Positions 28,418 to 37,474 of a DNA stretch of 64,000 nucleotides are shown here, piece by piece; the stretch's first letter is position 1, and each line of letters opens with the position of its first letter. Position numbers and translations under genes: made by a program. This DNA is from a virus. The stretch spans positions 1 to 64,000 of IMG/VR virus record IMGVR_UViG_3300025070_000019, one strand, 5' to 3'. The notes beneath the pieces were generated by a model. That model did no database searches and was not told where the DNA came from. It saw only the letters and a list, made by a program, of their open reading frames with translations.

Positions 28418-28753
28418 ATGCATATTAATGATTGCGTTAAAGAGGCTTACGAAAATGCAAAAGAAAAAGGATGGCATGACAAACCCAGATCTATTGGAGA
28501 TCTGATTTGTCTTATGCATTCTGAGTTAAGTGAAGCTTTAGAAGAGCATCGTAATGGTTATTCCCCGACGGAAGTTTATTATAATGAAACTAAACCTAAT
28601 AAACCGGAAGGCATTGGAGTTGAATTAGCAGATTGTGTAATTCGCATATTTGATTTTTGTGGTAAACATGATATTGATTTAGAAGAACTTATTAAAATCA
28701 AAATGCAATACAACGCTACTAGACCTCAACGTCATGGTGGTAAAACCATATAG
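28418..28753 (+). CDS. MazG-like NTP pyrophosphohydrolase
   Basis: LMHSELSEALE, ELADCVIRIFD, KM.YN..RP.RHGGK. Confidence 0.88.
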   Translation: MHINDCVKEAYENAKEKGWHDKPRSIGDLICLMHSELSEALEEHRNGYSPTEVYYNETKPNKPEGIGVELADCVIRIFDFCGKHDIDLEELIKIKMQYNATRPQRHGGKTI

Positions 28754-28762
28754 GTATTCAAT

Positions 28763-29353
28763 ATGTTAACAGATGAAGAACTAAATCATGATCCTGATTA
28801 TATTCGATTAATTAGAGCTGTTGTTGAAAATGCAATGACAGATTATTGCAAATTGCAACATCCTAAGAATCGAAATAAGAAGTATCTTGAAGAAGGTTTT
28901 TTATCTGCTATAGCAATGTTTTTTGATGATGATTTTGAGTTCTTAGCTTTTACTTCATTTGATGACGATAACAAACCTTTAAAAACTAAAGATTTGTTAT
29001 CTATACTTCTTAAAACCAAAAAGGTAAGTATGGATAAAGCACGACAACATATAATAGATAACTCTATTGATTACTGGTTTAATAAAAATTTTAATGATAT
29101 TAAGATACCATCTAAAATAACTATTGCTGGTAAAGTTTACTTTATACATAACTATACAAAAGAAGCATTTATCGATTATCAAAGCAATAGAATTTATTTA
29201 AATATTAAAAAAATAGGAATGGATAGAGTTTTTTTAAAATTATGTTTAGAAATAGTTTTAAAAGAATCTTTTATTGAATTGGAAAACGATAAGTTAGAAT
29301 TATTATTTAAATACTTTTATTTATTTTTAAAAATTAACGATGCTTTTAAATAA
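28763..29353 (+). CDS. hypothetical protein
   Basis: ORF in operon. Confidence 0.6.
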   Translation: MLTDEELNHDPDYIRLIRAVVENAMTDYCKLQHPKNRNKKYLEEGFLSAIAMFFDDDFEFLAFTSFDDDNKPLKTKDLLSILLKTKKVSMDKARQHIIDNSIDYWFNKNFNDIKIPSKITIAGKVYFIHNYTKEAFIDYQSNRIYLNIKKIGMDRVFLKLCLEIVLKESFIELENDKLELLFKYFYLFLKINDAFK

Positions 29354-29753
29354 TTTTTGAAGTAGATAAAATTTTAGCATCTTTCATCACTATATATTCT
29401 ATATTAAAATTTTTACATATATCTTTTTCAGGTATATTTACATTTAAATAATCTGGTCCTTTAATATAAAAATCAGGTTTAATTTTGTAAAGAAGAGAAC
29501 AAGAGTCTTCTTCATCAAAAGATATTATATGTGAAACATATTTAATACTTTCAATGACACTAATTCTATCTTTAAGTGTTATTGCTTTAGATCCATACTT
29601 TTCAACTAAGTATGGATCATTATTAACTGCAACTATTAAGTTGCCTAAACTTGATGCATATTTAAATAATTCAATATGACCAGCATGAATTATATTGAAT
29701 GTGCCATTAACTAAAACATTTGGAGTCTTAAATGTATTTTGATTTAGTAGCAT
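29346..29753 (-). CDS. cytidylyl/adenylyltransferase (HldE C-terminal/TagD-like)
   Basis: GTFNIIHAGH (HxGH), LIVAVN.D, KPD.YIKG.DY, STSKII. Confidence 0.88.
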   Translation of the reverse strand: MLLNQNTFKTPNVLVNGTFNIIHAGHIELFKYASSLGNLIVAVNNDPYLVEKYGSKAITLKDRISVIESIKYVSHIISFDEEDSCSLLYKIKPDFYIKGPDYLNVNIPEKDICKNFNIEYIVMKDAKILSTSKII

Positions 29754-30406
29754 TAGGTGTCTCTTTAACTATAGTATGGTTAATATACAGCACTTATAAA
29801 CTATATGAAAAAATAAAGATATTAGAAAATGTAAATACATCATTACTCAAAGCCAACCAGACTTTATCTGAAAATATAAAAGAAAGATCTGAAAACTTTG
29901 ATAAGCTAAGTAATGCTTATGAAATGTTAATAAGTGATTTTGAAAAAGAGAATATAAAAGCAGGAATTTTAGAAACTCAAATAGACAATATAAAAGAAAA
30001 CAATGATTTAATTTTAAAAGAAATGAAATCTAAACATAAACTTGATTTAAAAGAAGCTAGAAAAGACGCTTTAGACAAATCAAGAGCTGTAATACGTGGT
30101 CAAGCTACAGAACATTTAGCACCATACGTTATGGATGGAGTCAATCCAAAGGATTGTCGTTTTATGGGCAATCCTATTGATTATGTAATATTTGACGGTT
30201 TATCAGATGTAACTGACAAAGTAGCTAAAGAAGTTAAAGAAGTCATCTTTGTAGATGTTAAAACTGGTAAGTCAAATCTAACAACTGTTCAACGAAGAAT
30301 AAGAGATGCAATTAAAGATAATCGTGTTTCTTTTCAAGTTGTAAACCCTGATAAAAAGGAAAAAGAAAATGCCAATAAGAGTATCGTACAAGAAACCAAA
30401 CTATAA
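29732..30406 (+). CDS. Holliday junction resolvase-like endonuclease (Endonuc_Holl type) with N-terminal TM and coiled coil
   Basis: SRAVIRGQ..EHLAPY, RFMGNPIDYVIFDG, VKTGKS.L...QRRIRD. Confidence 0.85.
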   Translation: MYFDLVALGVSLTIVWLIYSTYKLYEKIKILENVNTSLLKANQTLSENIKERSENFDKLSNAYEMLISDFEKENIKAGILETQIDNIKENNDLILKEMKSKHKLDLKEARKDALDKSRAVIRGQATEHLAPYVMDGVNPKDCRFMGNPIDYVIFDGLSDVTDKVAKEVKEVIFVDVKTGKSNLTTVQRRIRDAIKDNRVSFQVVNPDKKEKENANKSIVQETKL

Positions 30407-30602
30407 TACTTATATGGAATTAGTAGGTATCAACAATTGGAGAAGTGTTAAGTATCCAAATGGATATGCAACTAAAGTTATTGACGCAAAAGATGAAGTT
30501 GATCTTCGTAAAAAAATAAGTCATTTATCTTTCTATGAAACACACGATCATAAAGCAAGACCTTTAACTTTAAATGATTTACAAATAGTAGAATGGACTT
30601 AG
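30369..30602 (+). CDS. hypothetical protein
   Basis: ORF in operon with RBS. Confidence 0.55.
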   Translation: MPIRVSYKKPNYNTYMELVGINNWRSVKYPNGYATKVIDAKDEVDLRKKISHLSFYETHDHKARPLTLNDLQIVEWT

Positions 30603-31015
30603 TTCGTCAAAATTGGAATAGTTACTTTATGTCTATTGCAGAACAAGTAGCTACTAGAGCTACTTGTTCTCGCAGACAAGTTGGTTGTGTAATTGTATTT
30701 AATAAAAACATTTTAGCTACAGGTTATAATGGTTCACTCCCTGGAGATGATCATTGTTTTGATGTAGGTTGTTTAATTAAAAACAATCATTGTATTCGTA
30801 CAATACATGCAGAAACAAACGCAATTAATCAAGCTGCAAAAAACGGCATTGCATTACAAGGTTCAATACTTTATTGTACTTCAAAACCATGTTGGAATTG
30901 TTTAAAAAACACAATCTCAGCAGGTATAAAAACTATTTATTATAAGGATGATTATCATACAGATAATAAAGCTTATGATAAAGCTGAAAAAACAATAAAC
31001 GTATATAAAATTTAG
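30593..31015 (+). CDS. dCMP deaminase (ComEB-like)
   Basis: C.RRQVGC, TGYNG, HAETNA, PCWNC. Confidence 0.93.
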   Translation: MDLVRQNWNSYFMSIAEQVATRATCSRRQVGCVIVFNKNILATGYNGSLPGDDHCFDVGCLIKNNHCIRTIHAETNAINQAAKNGIALQGSILYCTSKPCWNCLKNTISAGIKTIYYKDDYHTDNKAYDKAEKTINVYKI

Positions 31016-31024
31016 GAGAAAGAT

Positions 31025-31876
31025 ATGTTTGATACGCAAGGTTTTCACTTAACACTAGTTAAAGCAAGAGAGTTTCTTTTAACTAAGGGACTTGTAGAAG
31101 TTCCAGTTCAATCAAGATTATCTATTCTTGCAGCTTGTGAAGATCCTAAAACTGTTTCTACATTTAATTATGATGGAATTATTTGGCCTTTACCTCAAAC
31201 AGGTCAAATGTGGTTAGAACATGAATTATTGAAGAATCCTAATCAAAAAGGATTCTTTTGTGTATCAACAAGTTACAGAAATGAACCAAATCCAATACCT
31301 GGTCGTCATGAAAAAATCTTTCCTATGTTAGAGTTTGAAATGAAAGGTGATCAAAATGCTCTTGTACAATTTGAACATGAGTTTGTTGAATACCTTTTAG
31401 GAGAAAAATCAGTAGAAGTTGATTATGAAGAAATGGCTACTAAATATGATGTATCTATTTTAGAAAATGAGCATGAAGAACTTATCTGCAAGGATTATGC
31501 AGCTTCTACTATTTTAAAAGACTTTCCTAGACGCACTAGTCCTTTTTGGAATATGCGTCGTCATAATGGATCCACTGAATTGTATAAAAAAGTAGATGTA
31601 CTAATTGATGGTATTGAAACTATTGGTTCTGCTGAACGTGCTGTATCAGTAGAAGAAATGAAAGAAGATTTCTACACTATTTCAAATGGTGAATATGCTG
31701 AATTGCTATTTAATAAATTTGGAAAAGATCGTGTGGAAAAAGAATTGAATGAATATTTATCAAATGATTTCTTTGAAAGATTTGGCGGTGGTATTGGAAT
31801 GACACGTTTAGCTTCTGCTTATATGCGTCGTCATGATAATTTAACTCGTTTAATGATGGAAAGAAATCATATGTAA
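31025..31876 (+). CDS. class IIb aminoacyl-tRNA synthetase catalytic-domain paralogue (AsnRS-like/asparagine synthetase A-like)
   Basis: LPQTGQ, SYRNE...GRH...F.M.EFE, ETIGSAER, GGGIGMTRL; no anticodon-binding domain. Confidence 0.82.
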   Translation: MFDTQGFHLTLVKAREFLLTKGLVEVPVQSRLSILAACEDPKTVSTFNYDGIIWPLPQTGQMWLEHELLKNPNQKGFFCVSTSYRNEPNPIPGRHEKIFPMLEFEMKGDQNALVQFEHEFVEYLLGEKSVEVDYEEMATKYDVSILENEHEELICKDYAASTILKDFPRRTSPFWNMRRHNGSTELYKKVDVLIDGIETIGSAERAVSVEEMKEDFYTISNGEYAELLFNKFGKDRVEKELNEYLSNDFFERFGGGIGMTRLASAYMRRHDNLTRLMMERNHM

Positions 31877-31883
31877 GGAACAT

Positions 31884-32129
31884 ATGATTATAAAAAGAAA
31901 ATGTATTATTACAGGTAAATCCAATCAACTTGATTTACCTGTAACTCAAACTCAATTAGATCGCTGGAAAGCAGGTTTACCAATTCAAGATGCAATGCCT
32001 CATTTAAATAATGATGAAAGAGAATTCATTATTACAGGCATTACGAAAGAAACTTGGGATCAGTATCTAAAAACAGAAAAAACAAAAGAAATTGTTAATG
32101 GGATTTTAAATCCAGAAAGAAATGATTGA
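31884..32129 (+). CDS. phage hypothetical protein
   Basis: AAGGA RBS; IQDAMPHL...EREFIITGI. Confidence 0.65.
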   Translation: MIIKRKCIITGKSNQLDLPVTQTQLDRWKAGLPIQDAMPHLNNDEREFIITGITKETWDQYLKTEKTKEIVNGILNPERND

Positions 32130-33136
32130 TGCCAGCTAAAAAAATCACAGGCATTGCTGAAATTGATTTAGTAATGAATGCCTTTTCCAAAAAATTTGGC
32201 AAAGAAAATATGATTTCAATGGGACCAAAGTATGAAAAAGTGGAACCAGTTTCTACCGGTTCTATTAGTTTGGATTCAACACTTGGTGTAGGCGGATTAC
32301 CTAACGATAGAGTTATTGAAATTTATGGACCTCCTAGTGCAGGTAAAACTAGCCTTTGTCTACAAATTGTAAGGCAATATGTAAATAAATATGGTTATGA
32401 AAGACCACCCGTCTATATAGACCTAGAACGTACAACTGGTTTAGATCTTGTTACATCGATGGGTCTAGATGCCAATCAAATGATTTTCTGTTACCCTGAT
32501 ACTGCAGAAGAAGCATTACAACTTTGCCAAGATCTTGGAAAGACTGGCAAAGTAGGAGTTGTTATCTTCGATAGTATTGATGCTGCTCAAAGTGAAAAAG
32601 ATACTAAACGCCTTATGAATGAAACAGGTGTTGGTGATTTACCTAGACTACTATCAAAAGCTTTACGAGCTATTAGTAAAATTAGTGTAGATAATCAATG
32701 TATGTATTTATTTATTAATCAAGTACGTATAAACATTGGTGTCATGTATGGAAATCCAGAGACAACTTCTGGTGGTAATGCTATACCGTTTTATTCTTCT
32801 GTAAGATTACGTGTCAGTAGTAAACCAAGTTCAGACCAACCTAACAGCATTAACATGAAAGTTAAAATTGTTAAAAATAAAGTAGCTCCTGCTCTTAATA
32901 AAGTAGCTGAGTTTACATTTTTATGTGGTCAAGGTACTGATAAATACCTTGACCTTATCGGTTGTGCTAAAGACATGGGGTTACTTCGTTTTGCTGGTTC
33001 TACTGTTAAATGTTTTAATGGAGATACAGGAGAAGAAGAAAGTATTTGCACAGGTGGCAAACTTGGTGCTAAACAATACTTTATGGAAAATCAAGATGCA
33101 TATGAAAGTCTTAAACAACTTTGTTTAACAAATTAG
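32126..33136 (+). CDS. recA: RecA recombinase
   Basis: STGSISLD..LG.GGLP, EIYGPPSAGKTS, FINQVR..IGVMYGNPETTSGGNA..FYSSVRL, KNKVAP. Confidence 0.96.
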   Translation: MMPAKKITGIAEIDLVMNAFSKKFGKENMISMGPKYEKVEPVSTGSISLDSTLGVGGLPNDRVIEIYGPPSAGKTSLCLQIVRQYVNKYGYERPPVYIDLERTTGLDLVTSMGLDANQMIFCYPDTAEEALQLCQDLGKTGKVGVVIFDSIDAAQSEKDTKRLMNETGVGDLPRLLSKALRAISKISVDNQCMYLFINQVRINIGVMYGNPETTSGGNAIPFYSSVRLRVSSKPSSDQPNSINMKVKIVKNKVAPALNKVAEFTFLCGQGTDKYLDLIGCAKDMGLLRFAGSTVKCFNGDTGEEESICTGGKLGAKQYFMENQDAYESLKQLCLTN

Positions 33137-33143
33137 GAGTAAT

Positions 33144-33410
33144 ATGAAAGCTTTAATAGTTGATACACCATATACAGAATCATTTAAAGGCAAATTCGAT
33201 AAAATACAAGATAAAGTTTATGATATTTTGCATTTGCTACCATATAATCAAGATGATGTAGAATTTTTATCTTATTTGGCTGATAACTTCTTAGAAGGTT
33301 TAGAAGATTATTATAAAGAGAATGTTTTTAAGTGTAAATGTTGTGAAAGGTTAGCTGTTAAAGGTAACATATGTTCTGACAACTATGAAAAGGATTGTAA
33401 AAGACAATGA
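33144..33410 (+). CDS. hypothetical protein with C-terminal Cys cluster
   Basis: AGGAG RBS. Confidence 0.55.
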   Translation: MKALIVDTPYTESFKGKFDKIQDKVYDILHLLPYNQDDVEFLSYLADNFLEGLEDYYKENVFKCKCCERLAVKGNICSDNYEKDCKRQ

Positions 33411-34675
33411 GTGGAGAGTATGTACACTTACATGTACATACCGAGTATAGTTTATTAGATGGTATAAATAAGGTTAATAGATTACCACATATTATAAAAG
33501 AGATGAATCAACCTGCATTAGCTATGACAGATCATGGCAATGTATCTGGTTCATTTAAGTTTTATAAAGAGTGTAATAAAGCAGGCGTTAAACCTATTAT
33601 AGGTATGGAAGCTTATTATACTGTAAATGATAGAACTGCTAGAGAAAAAGATGAATTAGAAAAATCCTATTATCATCTTATTTTGCTGGCTCAAAATAAT
33701 ATTGGTCTAAAAAATCTTATAAAACTATCTTCTTACGCTTATACAGAAGGTATGTACAGGAAACCACGTATTGATGATGCATTAATTGCTCAATACTCTG
33801 ATGGTATAATTGCAACGACTACTTGTTTAGGTGGTCGTGCATCTCAATTAATTATTAATGGCCGAGAAAAAGAAGCTGAAAATTTAATACATCATCATAA
33901 AGCAATGTTTAAAAATAGATTTTTAGTTGAATTACAATTACATAAAGACAAAGATCAACAACTAGTTAATAATGTATTACAAAGAATTGCATTAGATAAT
34001 GACTTACCTATGGTTCTTACAAATGACTGCCACTACACGCATGAGCATGATAAGTGTCATCATGAGGCAGCTTTATGTTTGCAAACAAAAACAACTCTTA
34101 GTAATGAGAAACGTTTTACTTTTGGTGAAATAGATGTACATGTAGCACATCATGACTGGATGTGGAAACATGCAGAAGCTCAAGGAATGCCTTATGATGT
34201 TATTAGTAATAGTGTTGCTGTTGCTGATTTAATTGATAGCGATTCATATTTTATGGATAGAATGAATCGTTATCCTAAGTATCAAGAGCTACCTGAAGAT
34301 ATGACTTCTATTGATTATCTGAATGTAGAAGCTCAACATGGATTGTATAGGAGGTTTAAAGAGTTGCCTCCAGAAGATTATAGAAAACGTTTAGCCTATG
34401 AGCTGAAAGTAATTAAAAGAATGGGTTTTGCTGATTATCTTTTGATTGTTGCACAATTTATGAATGGCGCAAAAGAAAGAGGTGTTTTGCATGGCCCCGG
34501 TCGTGGCTCTGCTGCAGGTTCTCTTATTGCTTGGGCACTTGGTATTACTGAAGTGGATCCAATTAAATATGGATTAGTTTTCGAACGTTTTTTAAATGAA
34601 GGTCGTGGTGCTACACCACTTATATTCAATAAACAAATGGCTTTAATAGCTGATCAAAATGGTTTACCATTTTAA
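33407..34675 (+). CDS. dnaE: DNA polymerase III alpha, fragment 1 (PHP domain + start of palm)
   Basis: HLHVHTEYSLLDG, TDHG, KPIIGMEAY, NDCHY, GPGRGSAAGS, FERFLN. Confidence 0.93.
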   Translation: MSGEYVHLHVHTEYSLLDGINKVNRLPHIIKEMNQPALAMTDHGNVSGSFKFYKECNKAGVKPIIGMEAYYTVNDRTAREKDELEKSYYHLILLAQNNIGLKNLIKLSSYAYTEGMYRKPRIDDALIAQYSDGIIATTTCLGGRASQLIINGREKEAENLIHHHKAMFKNRFLVELQLHKDKDQQLVNNVLQRIALDNDLPMVLTNDCHYTHEHDKCHHEAALCLQTKTTLSNEKRFTFGEIDVHVAHHDWMWKHAEAQGMPYDVISNSVAVADLIDSDSYFMDRMNRYPKYQELPEDMTSIDYLNVEAQHGLYRRFKELPPEDYRKRLAYELKVIKRMGFADYLLIVAQFMNGAKERGVLHGPGRGSAAGSLIAWALGITEVDPIKYGLVFERFLNEGRGATPLIFNKQMALIADQNGLPF

Positions 34676-35117
34676 GAAAGAAAAAATAATGCAAATTAAA
34701 ACTCCTTTTATTGTATACTACGAAGATTACAAAAAAGATAACAATATTTTAAATGAAAATATTTATAAAAATTTGAATAAAAGTAATTTAAATTCTTATA
34801 AAAGAATTATAAATAGAATCAACAGAAACCTTCACGAAGGTAACGAGCATGTAGCTCATTATACCAAAAAAGCTATCATTTCATTTGAAAAGAGCGAAAT
34901 ATGTTTTACTAATTTAAGATCTTTTTTAACTTTAAAAGATCAATTTGTAAATGAACAGTCATTCAATTTAGCAAAGATTAAAACTGCTAGTGAATTTGAA
35001 GATTGGGTTAGAAATCAAAATGAAGACAAACCTTTAGAATTACTTAATTTAAAAATTCAAGAAATTCAACATAATTTAAATGGTTTAAAAGAGTTATTAA
35101 AAAGTTTTGATTTATGA
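34659..35117 (+). CDS. hypothetical protein (probable start 34689)
   Basis: ORF between dnaE fragments. Confidence 0.55.
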   Translation: MVYHFKKEKIMQIKTPFIVYYEDYKKDNNILNENIYKNLNKSNLNSYKRIINRINRNLHEGNEHVAHYTKKAIISFEKSEICFTNLRSFLTLKDQFVNEQSFNLAKIKTASEFEDWVRNQNEDKPLELLNLKIQEIQHNLNGLKELLKSFDL

Positions 35118-35359
35118 AAATTAAAGAAGTACCTATTTTATGGAGGATGAATCGTAAAGCTAAAACTGCTACAAACAGTTTTAGTACAGATGGAAGTAAC
35201 ATTTATAGTTATCGTCTTAAAATTGGTTATACAAATGAATATGGTCAAAAAGTTTTACTTAGATATACAAAAGAATATAACAATTTCAAAAGTCACACTA
35301 CTAGTAGACACGTCAATCTAGCAGCTTATCATGCTGACATATTTGAAATACCTAGCTAA
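35114..35359 (+). CDS. hypothetical phage protein
   Basis: ATGA-coupled ORF. Confidence 0.6.
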   Translation: MKIKEVPILWRMNRKAKTATNSFSTDGSNIYSYRLKIGYTNEYGQKVLLRYTKEYNNFKSHTTSRHVNLAAYHADIFEIPS

Positions 35360-35498
35360 CATCCACCTTTACATCTACGTACGGGTTGTAACATCCAACG
35401 TTTAAACATAGAAAGACCCTTTATGCAAAAAATTTGTATTGAACTTTTTTTAATTCCAGCAATAATTGCTTTTTTTAAAAAAATGAAAAAGAAAAAAA

Positions 35499-37091
35499 AT
35501 GTATGACAGTAGAAAAAATAATTTAAAACTCTTAGATGAGAATATAATAGATGAAAGATACGATCAAGTCGATCCCGATTATTTAGCTTTTGAAGTTAAA
35601 ATGGTATCAGATGAAGATTTAGAAAGAATTTTCTGGTTGTTAACTGAAAAAGTTAAATTTGAATCGAATCCATACAATTCTATCTTGCTTTATATTACAG
35701 GGATTACAGATGACTTTAATTTTGATAAAGCTAGATCTGAAATGGTTGGTGGTGCTCCACCTGACATTGACATTGACCATGATGCTTTAGACAGAGAAGA
35801 AGCGATTCAATGGTGTGTTGATTACTGGGGTAGAGAAAATGTAGCTAATATTATTACTCATGGTACTTTTAAACCTAAAAGTTTAGCGCGGTCTTTTTAT
35901 CGTATTACTGAAGGCAATAATGAAGACCTTAACGAGTTACTTAAAAAGATACCTATGCCTGTATATGGTAAAGAAGCTACATTAGATGAAATACTTGAAG
36001 TTGCACCTGAAATAAAAGAAGAAATACGATATGCAAACTTTTTGGAGTTTGCAGATCGTATTGAAGGTATGGTTTCTACATTTGGTATTCATGCTGCTGG
36101 TATTATTATATCTGACACTGAAGTTAATGATACTGTTCCTGTATGGAAAAATAGCAAGGCAGATCGTATTACTCAATATGATAAAGATGAATGTGAAGAA
36201 CTTGGTTTGATTAAGTTTGACTTCTTAGGTATAGACACATTGTCTATTATTAAAGAATGCCGTCATTTAATTAAACATCATACTTTATTAGATATAGAAC
36301 CATATGCAATTGAAGATGGAGATGAAAGAACTTATCAGACACTTTGTAGTGGCTTGCTTACTGGCGTCTTTCAAATGGAAACATCTGGTACTGCTAAAAA
36401 ACTAATACTTAGTATTCGTCCTAAATCAATAGAAGATTTATCTGCTATATCAGCTTTGAATCGTCCAGGTCCGTTACAAGCAGGACTAGATAAACAATAT
36501 ATAGAGAACAAATATAAGGGCTCTCCTCCAAAAGATTTACCTAGTAATGTTGCTGAAGTATTACAAGCTAGTTACTGGACTTTAGTTTATCAAGAACAAG
36601 TAATGGATATATGTTCTAAAATTGCAGGATTCACTCCTAAACAAGCTGATGATATTCGTCGTGCTATGGGTAAAAAGAAACATGAAGTATTAGAAAAATA
36701 TAAAGAACAATTCATTGAAGGTTGTCAATCAATTGGTGGTCTTGCCAAAGATTATTCAAGTAATCTTTGGGATGATCTTGTCGGTTTTGCAGACTATTGT
36801 TTATTAGGTAATACTAAGATTCAAACTGTAGATGGTACTTTCACAATAAAAGACATAGTTGATAACTTTATTTCAGCAGAAGTATTTAGTTATAGTTTTA
36901 AAGATAAAAATTTTATTAAACAAAAAGTATCTCAATGGTATAATCGTGGTGTCAAGCCAGTATATCGTTACACGTTAGAAGATGGTACTTATGTCGATTG
37001 TACAGAAGATCATAAGTTTTTAACAATAAATGATGATATGCTTGAAATTGATGCTATATTTGATAAAAATATAAAATTAAAGACTAAATAA
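35499..37091 (+). CDS. dnaE: DNA polymerase III alpha, fragment 2 (palm/thumb/fingers) fused to N-terminal split-intein half
   Basis: PDIDID, GIHAAG, KFDFLG, GVFQME, ALNRPGP, YQEQVM, IRRAMGKK, FADY|CL. Confidence 0.95.
   Translation: MYDSRKNNLKLLDENIIDERYDQVDPDYLAFEVKMVSDEDLERIFWLLTEKVKFESNPYNSILLYITGITDDFNFDKARSEMVGGAPPDIDIDHDALDREEAIQWCVDYWGRENVANIITHGTFKPKSLARSFYRITEGNNEDLNELLKKIPMPVYGKEATLDEILEVAPEIKEEIRYANFLEFADRIEGMVSTFGIHAAGIIISDTEVNDTVPVWKNSKADRITQYDKDECEELGLIKFDFLGIDTLSIIKECRHLIKHHTLLDIEPYAIEDGDERTYQTLCSGLLTGVFQMETSGTAKKLILSIRPKSIEDLSAISALNRPGPLQAGLDKQYIENKYKGSPPKDLPSNVAEVLQASYWTLVYQEQVMDICSKIAGFTPKQADDIRRAMGKKKHEVLEKYKEQFIEGCQSIGGLAKDYSSNLWDDLVGFADYCLLGNTKIQTVDGTFTIKDIVDNFISAEVFSYSFKDKNFIKQKVSQWYNRGVKPVYRYTLEDGTYVDCTEDHKFLTINDDMLEIDAIFDKNIKLKTK
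36798..37088 (+). mobile_element. split intein N-half (IntN, 97 aa)
   Basis: CLLGNTKIQT block A; QWYNRG..PVYRYTLEDG...CTEDHKFLT block B; ends at stop codon. Confidence 0.93.
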
Positions 37092-37102
37092 AAAGGTATC
37101 TT

Positions 37103-37474
37103 ATGGCTACTCATGCAGAATCTAAAAATCAAGGTACTATAATTGTAGATAGTACACTTAATATAGAAAATATCAACAATAGTGATCAAGGTTTATCAGT
37201 AGGACAAGTAATGACTATTCTACCTAAATCTCATGACCTTTCATCTCAGTGTGATGGTAGCTTAAAAGATTTTGTTTTAAGTCCAGCAGTAGTTCAAAAT
37301 ACTTTAAACTTTTTTAGTTTATATTTAGACGGTGTATTGCTTACAAGATCAGCAGATTTAACAATTTCAGACTATGTAGTATCTTCTCATAGTCAAATTA
37401 ATTTACATCAATCAATACCTGCACCTCCTGCAGGTTCTAGTTTAATTGCTATTTATATAGGAGTAGTAGGATAA
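37103..37474 (+). CDS. putative virion structural protein
   Basis: HDLSSQ.DG...F.L, LYLDGV; paralogue of 44822 ORF. Confidence 0.6.
   Translation: MATHAESKNQGTIIVDSTLNIENINNSDQGLSVGQVMTILPKSHDLSSQCDGSLKDFVLSPAVVQNTLNFFSLYLDGVLLTRSADLTISDYVVSSHSQINLHQSIPAPPAGSSLIAIYIGVVG

Noticed and set aside
34606-35755. Group I/II intron interrupting dnaE
   Set aside because: The gap is filled by ordinary coupled ORFs with no HNH, LAGLIDADG or RT motifs, no intron core was recognised, and fragment 2 has its own start and extended N-terminus
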